64,000 nucleotides of DNA from positions 7,660-71,659 of the forward strand of contig JAGVPG010000034.1 in assembly GCA_020052375.1 (NCBI GenBank), in the 5' to 3' direction. A model generated the notes under the pieces. The model was not told where the DNA came from. It searched no databases and saw only the letters and a program-made list of their open reading frames with translations. This DNA is from Actinomycetota bacterium (GTDB lineage Bacteria > Actinomycetota > JAHEXW01 > JAGVPG01). Position 1 is the first letter of the stretch. Every line of letters begins with the position of its first letter. The position numbers were made by a program, and so were the translations under genes. Positions 47,345 through 57,056 of this stretch are shown piece by piece.

Positions 47345-47590
47345 GGAAGAACCAACCCCCACCCTTGATCCCTCCCCCTTAGAAAAGGGGAGGGAAACAC
47401 AGAGGAAAGCCGACCTGAAGGTCGGCTGCTACACTATACATACTGTGTTCGGGGAGGTTGAAGAATTCTTCGAGCGGGTATCTTTAGCGAGAAGATTTAC
47501 TTTAACCTAGTCCGGACACTCACTTTTTTACGTTTGCATAGTTTGCTTCGTCGCGCTGGCGGACATTGCTCCTCGCAACGACACGAGGGT
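47345..47590. repeat. Mosaic repeat block: family A (47354) + family B (47405) + family D (47436-47530) + family C inverted copy (47505-47587)
   Basis: Matches the modules at 46243-46483 and 16691-16752. It marks the right edge of the accessory island, immediately upstream of hemB. Confidence 0.75.
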
Positions 47591-47650
47591 AATGTGATAT
47601 CATGTTTGGCGTAGTCATTTAAGCTTTTTACCTTCTAGGAGGCACATATC

Positions 47651-48622
47651 ATGTACTTTCCCGAATACCGTTTGCGGCGTCTGCGTAAGGATGACAACTT
47701 CCGGCGGTTGATCAGGGAGACGAACCTTCTGGTCGACGATCTGATCTACCCGATGTTCGTCGTGCCGGGAAAGAACGTCAAGAAGGAGATCAAGGCGATG
47801 CCGGGAATCTTCCAGATGTCTGTCGACACAGCGCTGGAAGAGGTGAGAGAGGTCGAGTCCCTGGGGATACCGGCGGTCATCCTGTTCGGGATCCCGGAGA
47901 AGAAGGATGAGGCGGCTACGGAAGCTTACGCTGAGAACGGGATCGTACAGACCGCTATAAGAGCCGTCAAACAGGCGAATCTAAGTACACTGGTCGTGAC
48001 GGACGTGTGCCTTTGCGAGTATATGAGCCACGGACATTGCGGCGTGGTGCAGAACGGGCAGATATTGAACGATGTCACGCTCGAGCTGCTGGCGAACGCC
48101 GCGAACTCGCATGTCGAGGCGGGTGCGGACATGGTCGCGCCGTCGGACATGATGGACGGCCGGGTGGCTGCCATAAGAAGCGGCTTGGACCATATCGGAT
48201 ACAACGACACGCCGATCATGAGTTACGCGGCTAAGTACGCGTCTTGTTTCTATGACCCGTTCCGGGAAGCCGCGGAATCGACACCGGAGTTCGGCGACAG
48301 GCGTTCCTACCAGATGGATCCGCCGAACGCCCTTGAGGCGTTGCGCGAGGCGTCTCTGGATATTGAGGAGGGCGCGGACATAATCATGGTCAAGCCGGCG
48401 CTGTCGTATCTAGACGTCATCTACCGGGTAAAAGAGGAGTTCAGATACCCCACGGCTGCCTACAATGTCAGTGGTGAATATTCGACGATCAAGGCAGCGG
48501 CGGCCAATGGATGGATAAACGAAGAGCGCGCCGTGATCGAGATATTGACCTCGATAAAGCGGGCCGGCGCAGATATGATACTTACTTACCATGCGAAGGA
48601 CGCAGCGCAGTGGCTGAAGTAA
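47651..48622 (+). CDS. hemB: Porphobilinogen synthase (delta-aminolevulinic acid dehydratase) HemB
   Basis: [12 protein letters not shown]...DLIYPMFVV...[16 protein letters not shown] (Cys-rich zinc site)...active-site Lys region. 323 aa. Confidence 0.92.
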   Translation: MYFPEYRLRRLRKDDNFRRLIRETNLLVDDLIYPMFVVPGKNVKKEIKAMPGIFQMSVDTALEEVREVESLGIPAVILFGIPEKKDEAATEAYAENGIVQTAIRAVKQANLSTLVVTDVCLCEYMSHGHCGVVQNGQILNDVTLELLANAANSHVEAGADMVAPSDMMDGRVAAIRSGLDHIGYNDTPIMSYAAKYASCFYDPFREAAESTPEFGDRRSYQMDPPNALEALREASLDIEEGADIIMVKPALSYLDVIYRVKEEFRYPTAAYNVSGEYSTIKAAAANGWINEERAVIEILTSIKRAGADMILTYHAKDAAQWLK

Positions 48623-48639
48623 ATTCTGCGCCATTGCGG

Positions 48640-49686
48640 ATGATCGCGTGGGAGGTTACCGGCTCCTGCAACTTGAAGTGTCTGCATTGCCGGGCGTCCG
48701 CCGTGGATAGACCGCTTCCTAATGAATTCTCCACCGAAGAAGCATTCAAGCTGCTCGACGACATCATCTCCTTTTCCAAACCCGTAATAATATTGACGGG
48801 CGGGGAACCGTTGCTTAGAAAAGATGTCTTCGAGATCGCCAGATACGGCACGGATAAAGGCCTGATAATGACCATGGGAAGCAACGGCACGTTGATCACC
48901 CGGGAAGTGGCGGACAAGATAAGGGAAAGCGGCATAAAACGGGTGGCCGTTAGTCTGGAGAGTTCACAGCCTCCGTTGCATGACGCGTTCCGGAACGTTC
49001 CCGGCGCTTATGACGCCACGATGGAAGGCATAAAGAACCTTAAGGCGGCCGGTGTCTCTTTTCAGATCGATCCGACGATCACGGCGAGGAACGTTGACGA
49101 TATCGATAATATAGTGAATCTTAGCGTCGAGCTTGGCGCCGACGCCGTGCATATATTCCTGCTCGTGCCGACCGGCCGGGGAAAAGAACTTGAGGATGAG
49201 GAGATACCTCCGGAGCAGTACGAGAAGGTGCTTGAGTGGTTCTGGGAAAAGCAGCAGACAGTGCCGGTATTCTTAAAAGCTACATGCGCTCCGCATTTCC
49301 ACCGGATAGCCAGGGTGAAGGCCAAGGAAGCGGGTATCGACTTAAAGAAGATGGTGCCTGGTCAGACGCACAGCTTGGAGTCGATGACGCGGGGGTGTCT
49401 TGGAGGCATCTCGTTCTGTTTCATCGGGCATACCGGAGACGTCCAGCCGTGCGGTTATCTCGAACTCAAAGCCGGGAATGTCAGGGAAGAGCCATTCGAG
49501 AAGATATGGAAAGAGTCCAAGCTGTTCACGGACCTAAGAGATTACGAGAAGCTCAAGGGTAAATGCGGCATCTGCGAGTATAAATATGTGTGCGGCGGCT
49601 GCCGCGCCAGAGCGTACACCAAAACAGGAGACTACCTCGAGGAAGAACCGTACTGTATCTATGTGCCGAAAAAGAGCAGGGAATAA
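48640..49686 (+). CDS. Radical SAM/SPASM protein of the AhbD/NirJ family (alternative heme biosynthesis, heme synthase-like)
   Basis: IAWEVTGSCNLKCLHCRA is the CxxxCxxC motif. A C-terminal SPASM-like Cys cluster (CGICEYKYVCGGCRARAY) is present. It sits between hemB and hemL, downstream of a siroheme-type cobA/hemD. The start is called at ATG 48640; the track ORF starts at 48511. Confidence 0.7.
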   Translation: MIAWEVTGSCNLKCLHCRASAVDRPLPNEFSTEEAFKLLDDIISFSKPVIILTGGEPLLRKDVFEIARYGTDKGLIMTMGSNGTLITREVADKIRESGIKRVAVSLESSQPPLHDAFRNVPGAYDATMEGIKNLKAAGVSFQIDPTITARNVDDIDNIVNLSVELGADAVHIFLLVPTGRGKELEDEEIPPEQYEKVLEWFWEKQQTVPVFLKATCAPHFHRIARVKAKEAGIDLKKMVPGQTHSLESMTRGCLGGISFCFIGHTGDVQPCGYLELKAGNVREEPFEKIWKESKLFTDLRDYEKLKGKCGICEYKYVCGGCRARAYTKTGDYLEEEPYCIYVPKKSRE

Positions 49687-49693
49687 CTAATGT

Positions 49694-49782
49694 TTCCCCC
49701 TCCCTTGAGGGGAGGGGGTCAGGGGGAGGGTGGAAATACTACCCCCTCCTTTAATTCCTCCCCCTTAAAAGGGGGAGGAAAA
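49694..49782. repeat. Two adjacent family A C/G-rich palindromes (CCCCCTCCC-TTGA-GGGGAGGGGG ... CCTCCCCC-TTAAAA-GGGGGAGG)
   Basis: Read directly. It lies between the radical SAM gene and hemL. Confidence 0.75.
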
Positions 49783-49796
49783 CGAAAAAGAGAGGA

Positions 49797-51113
49797 ATGG
49801 CGGAAGTGAAGCTGGGGACGGAGAAGTCGGAAGTATTGTTCCGGGAGGCGAAGAAGTACATTCCGGGGGGCGTGAATAGTCCGGTGAGGGCGTTCAAGTC
49901 GGTCGGAATGGACCCCGTGTTTATGGCCAGCGGCAAAGGCGCATATATCATGGACGTGGACGAGAACGAATATATCGACTACATCTCGTCCTGGGGTCCG
50001 CTGATCCTCGGCCACGCCGCTCCCGAAGTCCTCAATTCTGTTAAGAAAGTCATGTCTAAAGGGACCAGTTTCGGAGCGCCTACTCCTTATGAAGTCGAAC
50101 TCGCGCGGATGGTCGTCGAGGCGGTCCCGTCCGTCGAAAAGGTAAGGATGGTCAGCTCCGGCACAGAGGCGGTCATGAGCGCGATCCGCCTGGCCAGGGC
50201 ATATACGGGGCGTTCGAAGATCCTTAAATTCGAGGGCTGTTACCATGGTCATTCCGACGCTCTGCTTGTCAAAGCCGGCTCCGGTGTGGCGACTCTCGGC
50301 TTGCCGGACAGCCCGGGTGTGACGGTAGGCACGGCGTCCGATACGCTGACTGTCCCGTACAACAATATCGACGAGGTCGAAAGGACCGTTGTAAAACAAG
50401 GCAAGGATATCGCCTGCCTGATACTCGAGCCGGTGGCGGCCAATATGGGCGTCGTCCTGCCGAGAAACGGTTTCTTAAAAGCGCTCAGGAAGATAACAAA
50501 GGACAACGGTATAGTCCTGATATTCGATGAAGTGATAACAGGGTTCAGGATGGGATTGAGCGGAGCCCAGGGATACTTTGCCGTAACACCGGACATGACA
50601 TGCATGGGGAAGATAATCGGCGGAGGTTTTCCGGTCGGCGCCTTCGGAGGCAAGGCGGAGATCATGGACATGGTAGCCCCGGACGGTCCCGCGTATCAAG
50701 CAGGCACTTTATCCGGCAATCCGGTCGCGATGGCGGCCGGCATCGCTACGCTAAAAGCACTGGCAAAACCAGGACTTTATGACGAGCTGAACGCGAAAAC
50801 GGAACGGCTTGCCGCCGGCTTGAGGAAGACGGCGGTCGACGCCGGCATCCCGGTTCAGATAAACCATGTGGCGTCTATGCTGACGATGTTCTTTACCGAC
50901 AAGGCGGTGGTCGAGTATAAAAGCGCCAAGACTTCGGATACGGACAGGTACGCGTTATTCTTCAGATCGATGATCGAGAAGAAAGTCTACTTCCCGCCGT
51001 CGCAGTTTGAGGCGGTGTTCACATCCCGGGCGCATTCCGAAAACGATATCGATCTTACAGTCGAGGCAGCGGCCGGAGCGTTTAAAACGCTTGCCAAAGA
51101 CATCGTAGAATAG
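49797..51113 (+). CDS. hemL: Glutamate-1-semialdehyde 2,1-aminomutase HemL
   Basis: [23 protein letters not shown]... and the PLP lysine region [16 protein letters not shown]. 438 aa. Confidence 0.92.
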   Translation: MAEVKLGTEKSEVLFREAKKYIPGGVNSPVRAFKSVGMDPVFMASGKGAYIMDVDENEYIDYISSWGPLILGHAAPEVLNSVKKVMSKGTSFGAPTPYEVELARMVVEAVPSVEKVRMVSSGTEAVMSAIRLARAYTGRSKILKFEGCYHGHSDALLVKAGSGVATLGLPDSPGVTVGTASDTLTVPYNNIDEVERTVVKQGKDIACLILEPVAANMGVVLPRNGFLKALRKITKDNGIVLIFDEVITGFRMGLSGAQGYFAVTPDMTCMGKIIGGGFPVGAFGGKAEIMDMVAPDGPAYQAGTLSGNPVAMAAGIATLKALAKPGLYDELNAKTERLAAGLRKTAVDAGIPVQINHVASMLTMFFTDKAVVEYKSAKTSDTDRYALFFRSMIEKKVYFPPSQFEAVFTSRAHSENDIDLTVEAAAGAFKTLAKDIVE

Positions 51114-51127
51114 GTTATTATAGAGGC

Positions 51128-52123
51128 ATGAAAGAACCGTTACAAATCATCAAGAAAATCACAGTATTTATACTCATCCTTTCTTTGTGCGTCGGTTTTG
51201 CGTTGACATCTTCCTCATACGCGGCAGACGAGCCCGAACCATCACCGGAATCGAGCAAGGGCAAGCCGAATATCGTCAAAGCGGACAAGGACGATTGTCT
51301 TAAGTGCCACGTGATGAGCAAGAAGATCAAGGTCTCCGAGTTGCTGAAGGAGCAACCATCCAACTTCATCTCGCCGGAGGCGTATATAGAGACCGCTCAT
51401 GGAAAGACGGCATGCACCGACTGCCACACGGGTTACAAACCGGCCGAAAAGCGGCGCATAAAGTCGAAGTTCAGCCGGTCGACGGAGCTGAAGTATTCTC
51501 ACACCGAATCCGAGTACCGGAACTATACGCAGACGGCCAACCAGGCATGCGGCGCGCCGAAGTGCCATCCCAAGCCGCAGAAGGACTATTTAAGAGGCAG
51601 CCATAGCACTAGGCTGGCCAAGGGTACGGAAGATCTGCCGCTATGCACGACTTGCCACGGCTTCCACTACATGACCTCGTTCTTAAAGAAGACGAAGGGC
51701 GGACAGAAGAAGATATCCGCGGCTACCAAGATCGAGTTTTCCCAGATGGTATGCGGAAGCTGCCATCGCAAAGAATATGATCTGTATACCGGAAATTATC
51801 ATTACAAGGCGCTCCGGCTGGGCAACGCGAATGCTCCGATGTGCGACGATTGCCATGGAGGGCATAAAGCTAAGCCGCTTAAGGCGGGTACGGCGGATGC
51901 CGTGGTCGCCTGCAAGAAATGCCACAAGGACGCCAACAAGAACTTCTCTCTTTATGTAGTTCATCTCGATCCGGTGTCCAAGACGGCGCCGCCCGAGGTG
52001 CTCTACGTGAACCTGTTCTATCTGGTGCTGACGGCGCTTATCATAAGTATGGCGACACTCCATACGATAATCCTTCATTACAGGAGAAAAGCGGAAAAGC
52101 GCGCCAAGGAAATGGAGGAATAG
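51128..52123 (+). CDS. Multiheme c-type cytochrome (~7 heme sites) with a C-terminal TM anchor
   Basis: Signal peptide present. Sites: CLKCH, CTDCH, CGAPKCH (CX4CH-type), CTTCH, CGSCH, CDDCH, CKKCH. A C-terminal TM helix is present. Confidence 0.75.
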   Translation: MKEPLQIIKKITVFILILSLCVGFALTSSSYAADEPEPSPESSKGKPNIVKADKDDCLKCHVMSKKIKVSELLKEQPSNFISPEAYIETAHGKTACTDCHTGYKPAEKRRIKSKFSRSTELKYSHTESEYRNYTQTANQACGAPKCHPKPQKDYLRGSHSTRLAKGTEDLPLCTTCHGFHYMTSFLKKTKGGQKKISAATKIEFSQMVCGSCHRKEYDLYTGNYHYKALRLGNANAPMCDDCHGGHKAKPLKAGTADAVVACKKCHKDANKNFSLYVVHLDPVSKTAPPEVLYVNLFYLVLTALIISMATLHTIILHYRRKAEKRAKEMEE

Positions 52124-52795
52124 ATGCAAAAAGAAGCTAAGAAACCGGCGCCTAAAGCGAAGCGGTTCAACCTGTTCCACCGGATCGCCCACGCCGTCGT
52201 GACGATCGGCGTAGTCGGGGCCTGCATAACCGGCTTCCCGCTTAAGTTCAAGGATGTCGCGTACATGGGATTGCTGACACAGAAGATGGGCGGCGTCGCC
52301 CAGATGGCGCTGTACCACAGGATATTCGCCGTCATGATCGGCTCGTATATCGCGACGCAGATGCTATATATGGGGTACTACTTCATCGCCTTGAGAAGGG
52401 GTGTCGACGTCAGCTCGCTGTCATGGGTCCTTCCGCGCAAAAGGGAGACGCTCGACGTGCCGGCTAACGCCATGTATCTCTTAGGGAGGCGAGGCGAGCC
52501 GAGTTTCAAGAAACAAGTCTACTGGGGAGTCTTCGACTGGATCGTCAGCATCGCCGGGATATGGGCTATCGTGGTATCCGGAGCGATGGTATGGTTTCCG
52601 CAAATCGTCGCCAGGTACATCCCGGGCACATGGTTGAATGTAGCATATGTTACACACTCAAACGGGGCCGTTTTACTCATCGTTATCGTCTTTATTACGC
52701 ATTTCTACAACATATATTGGTCGACCGGTCATCTATCGGATTGCAACATTATCATAACTGGTCGAATGACCACGAGACGTAAGAAACTTACATAA
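52124..52795 (+). CDS. b-type cytochrome membrane subunit (Ni/Fe-hydrogenase/FDH cytochrome b-like)
   Basis: FHRIAHAVVTIGVVGACITGFPLKF is the first TM with a conserved His. There are four TMs with additional His residues. The ATG immediately follows the cytochrome c stop. Confidence 0.6.
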   Translation: MQKEAKKPAPKAKRFNLFHRIAHAVVTIGVVGACITGFPLKFKDVAYMGLLTQKMGGVAQMALYHRIFAVMIGSYIATQMLYMGYYFIALRRGVDVSSLSWVLPRKRETLDVPANAMYLLGRRGEPSFKKQVYWGVFDWIVSIAGIWAIVVSGAMVWFPQIVARYIPGTWLNVAYVTHSNGAVLLIVIVFITHFYNIYWSTGHLSDCNIIITGRMTTRRKKLT

Positions 52796-52905
52796 ATAGC
52801 AGATTATTGATATAATTGTTCTTGACAACTTGTGGTCGTTCATAGTAATAATTTATTGACTACGTGAACTGAGACACAAAGATACAAGAAAAAATGAGGT
52901 AAAAT

Positions 52906-53739
52906 ATGGCATTTACCGGCAAAGTCAAGTCTTGGTTTTTCTTCATCAACCGAAGGAACCTTACAAGGCCAGTTTTCTGGTTCGCATTCCTCGGAATGAT
53001 CTTCATAATCGCTCTTATGATATCAGTTCCTATGTATATAACGACACGCAACCAGTATTGCTCGACGTGTCACGCGATGGAATCATACTATTCGTCATGG
53101 GAACATTCGACGCACGCCTACGCGGACTGCGTCAACTGCCACGTGGCTCCGGGTCTGGGCAACGACATAAGGCACGTCTACAGGTCGACCAGAGAGTTAT
53201 ATACGAACTTGATCAGTAGCCCCGAGCATTCGGCCAACTTCTCGCTGCCGACGAATGAGATCTGTTTCTCGTGCCATACCGAGTACCGCAGCGTCTCGGC
53301 CAGCGGGGACCTCTTGATACCGCATAAACAGCATGTTAAGCTGCGCAGTCTGCAGTGCGTCAACTGCCACAGGTATCTGGTCCATTATAAGAACCCTGAA
53401 GGCAAGAACACTCCCAGCATGACCATATGCTACAAATGCCATAACGGCGTACAGGCGCCTAAAGACTGCAAGGCATGTCATACGAAGAAGTCATACCCCG
53501 ATACCCACAAGGCGGCGGAATGGTTCGAGGTGCATGGATCTCTGGCAAAGAAGGAAGGCAAAGAGTGCGCCAAGTGCCACGGCTGGACGCCTAAGTATTG
53601 CGAGGAATGCCATCAGAAGAGACCGCCTTCCCATGCAGGCGTGATATGGCGGACAAACCACAAAGACGCGGGCAAGGAACGAGAGCAGGGTTGTTACGTC
53701 TGTCATGGCAAGACGTTCTGTAAAAACTGTCATGATTAG
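52906..53739 (+). CDS. Membrane-anchored decaheme c-type cytochrome (NapC/NrfH-like N-terminal module)
   Basis: An N-terminal TM and 10 CXXCH motifs. Paralogous to the ORFs at 53758 and 57057. Confidence 0.7.
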   Translation: MAFTGKVKSWFFFINRRNLTRPVFWFAFLGMIFIIALMISVPMYITTRNQYCSTCHAMESYYSSWEHSTHAYADCVNCHVAPGLGNDIRHVYRSTRELYTNLISSPEHSANFSLPTNEICFSCHTEYRSVSASGDLLIPHKQHVKLRSLQCVNCHRYLVHYKNPEGKNTPSMTICYKCHNGVQAPKDCKACHTKKSYPDTHKAAEWFEVHGSLAKKEGKECAKCHGWTPKYCEECHQKRPPSHAGVIWRTNHKDAGKEREQGCYVCHGKTFCKNCHD

Positions 53740-53757
53740 GGGGAATCAGTAAAAGAT

Positions 53758-54624
53758 ATGGCGCGCGAAAAGAAGGATCCGAAAAAGAAAGGCCGAATAA
53801 AAGAACGCTTGAAGAAGATCTTCAATAAAGAGAACGCGAAGAAGCCGATCTTCTGGGGCGGTGTTACCGGCGTGGTGGGTCTACTCATGGCTTTGATCGT
53901 CGGGATGATCGCTTTCACCGAACAACCGGTCTTCTGCAATACATGCCACATCATGAAAGGGCCCTATGAGGTCTGGGAGAAGTCGACACACGCGCGGGTA
54001 AGATGCACGGTATGCCACGTAAAACCCGGCTTGTACGAGATGCTTCTACATAAACCGAAAGGCCTGCTGGAGGTATGGGCCGTCATAACCAGGAATCCGG
54101 CCAAGCCGGCTCAAGTGCATCCGCCGGATAATGAGAACTGCAACCTGTGCCATAAGGCGAAGAGAAAAGTCTCGACGACCGGGGACTTGAAGATGCCGCA
54201 CGAAGCCCATATCAAACTGCGCGGCCTTAAGTGCGTCGATTGTCATCGCAACCTTGTACATACGGTTAATCCGAGGAAGAAGAACCTGCCTACGATGATC
54301 ACGTGTTATAAATGCCACGACGGAAAGAAGGCGCCCAACTCCTGCACCGCTTGCCATACGGAGAAGGCGGTGCCTGAAGACCACAAATCCGCTGAATGGA
54401 CGGTGGTACACAGCTCGGTCCAGCAGGGCGATCCGAGTTACTGCGAGAAGTGCCACGGATGGGTCAAGGACTATTGCTCCGAATGCCACCAGAGACGGCC
54501 GAAGAGCCATATGACGAAGTGGCGCACGAATCATCAGACAAAGATCGCGGCTGACGGTAAACTGAGCTGCGCCAAGTGCCATCAAAACGAGATGTGCATC
54601 AGGTGCCATGGCATAATCCCGTAG
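53758..54624 (+). CDS. Membrane-anchored decaheme c-type cytochrome (tandem paralog)
   Basis: An N-terminal TM and 10 CXXCH motifs. Collinear with the ORF at 52906 (e.g. CYKCHDG / CYKCHNG, CEKCHGW / CAKCHGW). Confidence 0.7.
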   Translation: MAREKKDPKKKGRIKERLKKIFNKENAKKPIFWGGVTGVVGLLMALIVGMIAFTEQPVFCNTCHIMKGPYEVWEKSTHARVRCTVCHVKPGLYEMLLHKPKGLLEVWAVITRNPAKPAQVHPPDNENCNLCHKAKRKVSTTGDLKMPHEAHIKLRGLKCVDCHRNLVHTVNPRKKNLPTMITCYKCHDGKKAPNSCTACHTEKAVPEDHKSAEWTVVHSSVQQGDPSYCEKCHGWVKDYCSECHQRRPKSHMTKWRTNHQTKIAADGKLSCAKCHQNEMCIRCHGIIP

Positions 54625-54669
54625 ATACCTTTTTCTATCATATGCAGCTGGATATGATAGAATTATAAT

Positions 54670-55170
54670 ATGATTCCGAACTGCACCAGGCGTAAGAACC
54701 TGTCTTATTTTCTCACTATTCTGTTGTTCTTAGGGTCATCGGCGTATGTTGCTGCCGGTTGCACCAGGTTCAGCAATTCCGCGGACACGACAAAGACAAA
54801 GACCAAAACAACAAAAGGCAAGACCAGCACCTCCAACAACGGAACAAATAAAGCCGATTGTCCAGGGACGGACATACAGGATTTCAAACGTTACCCGGGC
54901 TCGAGAAGGACCTCCGACATCGTCGTCAAAGGCGAGAACAACAAGCAAAGCGGGACGATCACATACGAAACGGATGCCAAAGTTACTACAGCCATACACT
55001 TCTTCAAGGATGAAGCGGAGCGCCAGGACTGGAAGGTGGGCGAGATCGTCGATACGAAATTCGGACAGATCCTTATAATGAGCAAGGTCACGCGTAAACT
55101 GTCGGTCAGCGTGAGCCGTCGCGAACATGAAGACGTGACCGATGTCGTGTTTGTGTATAGAGAGTATTGA
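54670..55170 (+). CDS. Lipoprotein, function unknown
   Basis: A signal peptide with lipobox AAGC and a Thr/Lys-rich linker. Confidence 0.4.
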   Translation: MIPNCTRRKNLSYFLTILLFLGSSAYVAAGCTRFSNSADTTKTKTKTTKGKTSTSNNGTNKADCPGTDIQDFKRYPGSRRTSDIVVKGENNKQSGTITYETDAKVTTAIHFFKDEAERQDWKVGEIVDTKFGQILIMSKVTRKLSVSVSRREHEDVTDVVFVYREY

Positions 55171-55210
55171 GGGAGCGGAAAGAGGAAAGAGGGAAAAGGA
55201 TGGGGATTCG

Positions 55211-56845
55211 TTGCGTGTAGTAAAGGGATCGGTCCTGGCGGTGGTGTCGGGCGCTCTTCTCGCTCTGTGTTTTCCATATCCGGACCTGGGGTTACTGGCT
55301 TATTTTGCGCTTGTGCCTCTACTGATAGCCCTGTTCGGATCCTCGCCTCGTGACGCGGCCCTTTATGGTTTCCTTACCGGCTGGGTCCTTTTCGCGGCTC
55401 TATCCTACTGGGTAGCCATCTACGGCGCTTTTCCGTTCATCCTGATCGTAAGCTTAGCGGCGTCTTTGATCGCGGTCTTTGCCGCTCTTTCATCGTATGT
55501 GATCAAAAGGACGGGACCGTTACTCCAACTGTTCTTCTTGCCGGTCGTCTGGGTCGTTATCGAATTCTTAAGGAGCGAACTCGGTTCCTACAGTTATCCG
55601 TACGGAGTCCTAGGCTATTCGCAGACGGGTATCCGGCCCGTGCTTCAGATAGCCGGCATCCTCGGCGTTTATGGAATATCCTACCTGATCGTCTTCGTCA
55701 ACACGGGCATAGCCGTATTGATAAAAGGTCGCGATCTTACAGAGAGGAAGAGCCTGTATGCCGTGCAAATATGTGTCGTGCTCATGTTACTCGCCTCCGC
55801 CGGATTTGGCTTTGTAAGGACGGCGTCTTTTAAAGATAAGAGCAAAAACGAGGTCAGCGTAGGGATCGTCCAGCCTTCTGTCCCTCAGAAACTGAAATGG
55901 GATGAGGATATGGCGCCCTCCATCATGAACAAGTATGAAGGATTGGTAAGACCTTTTAGGGTGGACAGCGTCGATATGATAGTCCTTCCGGAGGCTACGC
56001 TTCCCCTGTATGTCGAACCGGACGATCCGCTTCTCTATAGGTTGAAATCGTGGGCGTCGATGACAAAGACACCGCTGCTTGCGGGCGTCCCGCTGATCGA
56101 CGAGGATCTGAAGAGCCGGAACACGGTGCAGCTCATCTATCCCGGGGGCCGGGAGAACGGACGTTATGACAAGATGTACCCGGCGCCGTTCGGTGAGTTC
56201 GTCCCGTTCCGGCCCATATCCGAAAGACTGTGGACCGACTTCACGGCCCGCGGGGACGTGACTCCCGGGAAGAATCCGACGGTCTTCAGGTTAAGGCGTT
56301 CGGGTTCAAATAAGGACCTTCGATTCGGCGTCCTCATATGTTCGGAATCGCTCTATTCCCATCTCGCCCGCCGCGTCGTGCGTGACGGAGCGGAGGCGAT
56401 ATTCGTCATGACGAACGACGCGTGGTTCTACACGACAAACGAGTCCGATCTCCATTTCGATATGAGTGTCTTAAGAGCGGTCGAGAACGGTGTGTACGTC
56501 GCGCAAGCCGCGAACTCCGGCGTATCGGGAGTAGTGGATCCGACGGGACGAGTCGTCGAACAGACCAAGGTGTTCGAGGTGACGACGCTCAAAAGCACTA
56601 TCGGTTTCAACGATACACGGACGTTCTTCAACAAAGCAGGATATCTGTTTCCTTACATCTTATCCGCTCTTCTATTTTTATTCTTACTATTTCTAATATT
56701 CTCCGTAGGTTCCGCCGATACTGTGAGTGAGGATGGGAACGAGCATACGGAGGGTAATAGGCAATGGCGAAAAAATGCACCAGACGGGATATCATCCGGA
56801 TCATCAGACAAAAGGCAAAGAAGGACAAGATCGAACAGGCGATGA
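55211..56845 (+). CDS. lnt: Apolipoprotein N-acyltransferase Lnt
   Basis: Six to seven N-terminal TMs, then a CN-hydrolase domain (...VGIVQPSV..., LICSESLY... containing the catalytic Cys, MTNDAWF) and a C-terminal TM. The start is called at TTG 55211 after a purine-rich stretch; the track ORF from 55142 overlaps the upstream gene. A ~60-aa low-complexity C-terminal extension is present. Confidence 0.7.
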   Translation: MRVVKGSVLAVVSGALLALCFPYPDLGLLAYFALVPLLIALFGSSPRDAALYGFLTGWVLFAALSYWVAIYGAFPFILIVSLAASLIAVFAALSSYVIKRTGPLLQLFFLPVVWVVIEFLRSELGSYSYPYGVLGYSQTGIRPVLQIAGILGVYGISYLIVFVNTGIAVLIKGRDLTERKSLYAVQICVVLMLLASAGFGFVRTASFKDKSKNEVSVGIVQPSVPQKLKWDEDMAPSIMNKYEGLVRPFRVDSVDMIVLPEATLPLYVEPDDPLLYRLKSWASMTKTPLLAGVPLIDEDLKSRNTVQLIYPGGRENGRYDKMYPAPFGEFVPFRPISERLWTDFTARGDVTPGKNPTVFRLRRSGSNKDLRFGVLICSESLYSHLARRVVRDGAEAIFVMTNDAWFYTTNESDLHFDMSVLRAVENGVYVAQAANSGVSGVVDPTGRVVEQTKVFEVTTLKSTIGFNDTRTFFNKAGYLFPYILSALLFLFLLFLIFSVGSADTVSEDGNEHTEGNRQWRKNAPDGISSGSSDKRQRRTRSNRR

Positions 56846-57056
56846 CGGACTCGCGCTTTGAAGACGGTGTGGCCAAGCTCGAGTATATGAGGTTCATGCG
56901 CGATCTCGAAGAAGGACGCATACGCCGCTTGTCTGGTAAAAGAATCGGATAGATAAAGTTTGCACGATAATCGCTCCCACAGATATAATCGTTAATATGT
57001 GAAATTATATTTTATTAGCAGCGCTTTAATCCCTACGTATTCGAGGCAAAGACTAT

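Noticed and set aside
55142-55210. Lnt start at ATG 55142 (MSCLCIESIEGAERGKREKDGDS...)
   Set aside because: It overlaps the upstream lipoprotein gene and encodes a non-hydrophobic leader atypical for Lnt. TTG 55211, after a purine-rich stretch and directly before the first TM helix, is more plausible, but this was not verified.
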